Origin: Octopus vulgaris | Taxonomy: Eukaryota | NCBI GenBank assembly: GCA_951406725.2 | Contig: OX597820.1 | Location: 23,684,001 to 23,748,000, forward strand | Direction of reading: 5' to 3' | Length of the DNA: 64,000 bases | In this document: piece after piece, positions 60,517 to 64,000 of the stretch | Layout of the letters: each line of letters starts with the position of its first letter | Position numbering within the stretch: position 1 is the first letter of the stretch | The notes under the pieces: generated by a model | Seen by the model: only the letters and a program-made list of their open reading frames with translations | The model's database searches: none | What the model was told of the DNA's origin: nothing | Position numbers and translations under genes: made by a program

Positions 60517-60719
60517 TAAGAAACACACAAAAATCGTTAGTTTCACTCAAACATTTAAATTTGATTTGCCAAAATATTTCCATCGCTTTGAGACCACGAC
60601 TGTTTGCTGAAGCACGGAATTTTGTCAGTGAACAGGTCATGGTGTCAAAGCGACGAAAATATTTTGGCAAATTAAATTTAAATGTCGAAGTGAATCTAAC
60701 GGTTTTTGTGTGTTTCTTA
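60517..60719. repeat. Fold-back palindrome (~95 bp arms) next to (TA)n, with a hammerhead-like motif
   Basis: taagaaacacacaaaaa.cgttag.ttcact...atttgccaaaatattt <> aaatattttggcaaatt...agtgaatctaacggtttttgtgtgtttctta. Confidence 0.9.
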
Positions 60720-60798
60720 TATATATATATATATATATATGCAGGTATGTTGATTCAAACAAGAAAAATAGAAAAATGAGTATATTTATATTTTCATT

Positions 60799-60907
60799 AA
60801 TATTTAGCAGAAGTAACAGAGTGACTCAAAGTTCAAGAGTTTTGTGCATTGTATCAATGCACAAAACTCTCAGACTTTGAGTCACTCTGTTACTTCTGCT
60901 AAATATT
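60799..60907. repeat. Fold-back palindrome (~53 bp arms)
   Basis: aatatttagcagaagtaacagagtgactcaaag...gtgcattg TAT caatgcac...ctttgagtcactctgttacttctgctaaatatt. Confidence 0.92.
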
Positions 60908-61014
60908 GATCAACAAGTCCTAGGGTCGATTTGTTCAACTAAAACCTTTGAAGATGGTGCTCCGGCATAGTTGCAGTCAAATGGCTGAAACAAGTAAAAG
61001 AATATATATATATA

Positions 61015-61266
61015 TATATATATTAGAAGAAATAAGGTACTCAGAAATCTGGATGGTTGTACATTTACAGATGTTTATTAATATGTCACATGTTTTTATA
61101 AATCATATATTAGTACTTGCATCTACTCTAGTAGAATCTCCAGAATAGAATCTGGAGTAGATGCAAGCGCTAATATATGATATATAAAAACATGTGACAT
61201 ATTAATAAACATCTGTAAATATAAAACCATCCAAATTTCTGAATACCCTATTTCTTCTAATATATA
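61015..61266. repeat. Fold-back palindrome (~115 bp arms) flanked by (TA)n
   Basis: tattagaagaaata.ggta.tcagaaat.tggatggtt...ttgcatctactc <> gagtagatgcaa...aaccatcca.atttctga.tacc.tatttcttctaata. Confidence 0.9.
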
Positions 61267-62860
61267 ATACCTGTACATCATCTCCAAACCTTCTAATATA
61301 TATGTCCGTTGCCAGCATCGCTTGGCCCCGTGCCGGTGACACGTAAAAGCACCATCCGTTCGTGGCCGTTTGCCAGCTCTGTCTGGCACCTGTGCAGGTG
61401 GCACGTAAAAAACACCCACTACACTCGCGGAGTGGTTGGCGTTAGGAAGGGCATCCAGCCGTAGAAACACTGCCAGATCTGACTGGGCCTGACGAAGCCT
61501 TCCAGCTTCACAGACCCCAGTTGACCCGTCCAACCCATGCTAGCATGGAAAGCGGACGCTAAATGATGATGATGATGATGATGATATATATATGTGTGTG
61601 TGTATGTATAATCATTTAATGTCTATGTTCCATGCTGACATAGGTTAGTTGATGGTTTGACAGGATCTGATGGTTCCAAGGACTGCATCATGTTCCAATG
61701 CTTACCTAATGCTAGCCATTTTACAACATGTACTGAGTACTTTTTTTTTCATGTCACTGACACCGTTTATGTCACCATGCTGCTTGCAAAACTACAAACT
61801 CGAGATGGTGCTTGGCTTTATGCTATGAGACGTAGTGGTTAAAGTATGAGAGAATGGGTGGGATGCAGAGTAGGTTATGAAATTATGTACTTTGCCCAAT
61901 AAATAAATAAATAAAAATATTCTCATAGTCATTCATTTTTATTATTTCATCTTGTAATTTTTTTTTTAAATTTTAAAATAAGCAACTAATACTAAAATGG
62001 GTGCAAAAAAGCCAATTGCAGTGCAGAAACCAAAATTAAATTCTTGCATTGGTTATCAAACAAACAAACAAACCAGATGATGTCCAAATGAGTGCAGTGT
62101 AATTTTTGCATATTTCTTGATCTATAAATATTTTTGACCTTGTCACCTTAGCATTCTAATCTTCTTTTAAAACACTTCACTGGTCACAATAGCTGAGAAA
62201 CACGATCATATTGTTTCAGTATTATTTCCTGTAATGTGACTGAACGACTGTTTTCATGACTAACATTCAACTCCGAGGGAATGGAATGCTTTTCTGTCGG
62301 AACTGGCCTCTTTATCTTTTTCAACAAAATGAACAAAGTTGGCCTCGCCAATATCAAAATCCACACTGCACTCAATCTAGTCCTCTGTTGAGTTCTGGAT
62401 ACTGAAACTATAGACATCAGTGCTATATACAGTCTGACTGTGAGGGCATATGACCAAATGGCTGAGATGTTGCACTCATGATTATGAGATTGTGGGTTCT
62501 GTTCCTGGACTGGGTGGTGCTTTGTGTTGTCAAGCAAAACACTTCATCTCACATTTGTTCTGTAATCACTTCGATATCTGACATGTGGTGCACCTGTACA
62601 GGTAATGTCAATTTGATAGAGAGAGTTTGCCAATGTACAGCACATACACCTGATTACTATAAACAAATTGTTTGTGCACGCTATTCTTTAAGAAATTGCT
62701 GAACTGTCTTTCTTGGACTATGAGAGACTACCATCACCCTCACCACTATCATACAGTCTGACAGAGACCAGCAAAAATAAATTTAAAGTTATATGATCTC
62801 TTCTACGTACTAATTTCTGAACAAGTCCCTCTCCTTAAACCAATGGTATTTTGTTATTTT

Positions 62861-63095
62861 AAGGCGGCGAGCTGGCAGAAACGCTAGCACACCGGGCAAA
62901 ATGCGTAGCCGTATTTCGTCTGCCGTTATGTTCTGAGTTCAAATTCCGCCGAGGTTGACTTTGCCTTTCATTCTTTTGGGGTCGATAAATTAAGTACCAG
63001 TTACACACTGGGGTTGATATAATCTACTTAATCCGTTTGTCTGTCCTTGTTTGTCCTCTCTGTGTTTAGCCCCTTGTCGGTAGTAAAGAAATAGG
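62861..63095 (+). mobile_element. Family A SINE, near-full-length copy
   Basis: aaggcggcgagctggcagaaacg...gagttcaaattccgccgagg...gcctttcat...gtgtttagccccttg...aaagaaata. Confidence 0.85.
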
Positions 63096-63572
63096 TATTC
63101 TGTTATTTTATGGTGGGTCCAAGCAAGCAAGAAATTTAATATTTTCTATTATTTTAGCTCTAACAATTGCCATTATTTCAATTAATTTTGAAAATAATAA
63201 AGAATTTAGTGAAATAGCTATTTATTAAGCTAATTTTTGGAATAATCATCAAATTGAAATTTTGTTGGAAAGTTTTAATTTAGATTGCTGTAAATCGTAA
63301 AATTTGTAGAATTTGTACCAGGGGCAATCTCGAGCAGGTTGGTATCAAAAAGGTTTATGAATGCAAGTCTAGTATGTATTGGTTGCATATGGATGGAAGG
63401 TCAAGGAATAGAGAGTGGTATCATCAGTGTAGGAGTGTGTGTGTGAAATGAATGGTAAGAAGGAATGTCATTGGTCTACCAGAGGAAGAATTGGTAAGAC
63501 AAACTGAATCCTGAGATACATCAGATTTGATGTAAGTTGGGAAGAGCAACAACATATTACAGTAGAATGAAT

Positions 63573-63800
63573 AGGCGCAGGAGTGGCTGTGTGGTAAGTA
63601 GCTTGCTAACCAACCACATGGTTCCGGGTTCAGTCCCACTGCGTGGCATCTTGGGCAAGTGTCTTCTGCTATAGCCCCGAAGTGAGTGGATTTGGTGGAC
63701 GGAAACTGAAAGAAGACTGTCGTATATATATATATATGTATGTGTGTTTGTGTGTCTGTGTTTGTCCCCCTAGCATTGCTTGACAACCGATGCTGGTGTA
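63573..63800 (+). mobile_element. tRNA-derived SINE (family B); other copies ~8195-8592(-), 9915-10335(-), 21820-22222(-), 37868-38285(+)
   Basis: A-box-like TGGCTGTGTGG and B-box-like GGTTCAGTCCC, then cttgggcaagtgtcttct core and an internal (TA)/(TG) microsatellite; dispersed copies. Confidence 0.85.
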
Positions 63801-64000
63801 GAAAATGTCTAAGCTATGAGACAGGGTACTGATGGCGCCAATAAACTGATAACTTTAGAGGTTCTGATGCCAAACAGAGTTGAAAGATTTGCTGATGTGA
63901 AAGGCAACAATATTGTTTAAAATAAGGGCGTTAATTTATTTGTGTAAGAAAGAAGGTGTGTGCTAAATCTGGTCCTATAGAAACTCTACAAGTAATTACT

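Noticed and set aside
61015-61266. Hammerhead core in this palindrome and in 39243-39389
   Set aside because: No NUGANNA...GAAA arrangement with flanking stems was found; reported only as hairpins.
63573-63650. tRNA-like sequences (also at 32687, 55972 and 62861)
   Set aside because: These are SINE heads with A/B boxes that continue into SINE cores; no clean cloverleaf, so not called as tRNA genes.

Overview
AT-rich, repeat-dense animal genomic DNA, most likely an octopus (inferred from the SINE families, the microsatellite load and the single-exon C2H2 zinc-finger genes; not verified). The left part (2.5-24.5 kb, + strand) holds 14 coding exons of a 1,4-alpha-glucan branching enzyme gene (GBE1). 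Its first exon lies upstream of the window, the catalytic D/E/D motifs are intact, and one intron is a U12-type (minor spliceosome) intron. Next come two paralogous C2H2 zinc-finger genes, each with a single coding exon and oriented head-to-head (28967-29659 on -, 46988-48904 on +). There is also a small duplicated zinc-finger fragment and a ~1.2-1.4 kb non-coding duplication that suggests a further tandem unit. The rest is tRNA-derived SINEs, RTE and CR1/L2 LINE fragments, Penelope-like fragments, mariner/Tc1/pogo/hAT MITEs, a Helitron-like element and microsatellites. The most striking unexplained signal is a set of long fold-back palindromes, mostly beside (TA)n tracts. Several carry minimal type I hammerhead-ribozyme architecture with covarying position 3-8 pairs (C-G, G-C, U-A). 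A 5'-truncated RTE LINE whose ORF ends in three in-frame C2H2 fingers is also notable. All calls were made by eye; no searches or folding programs were run.
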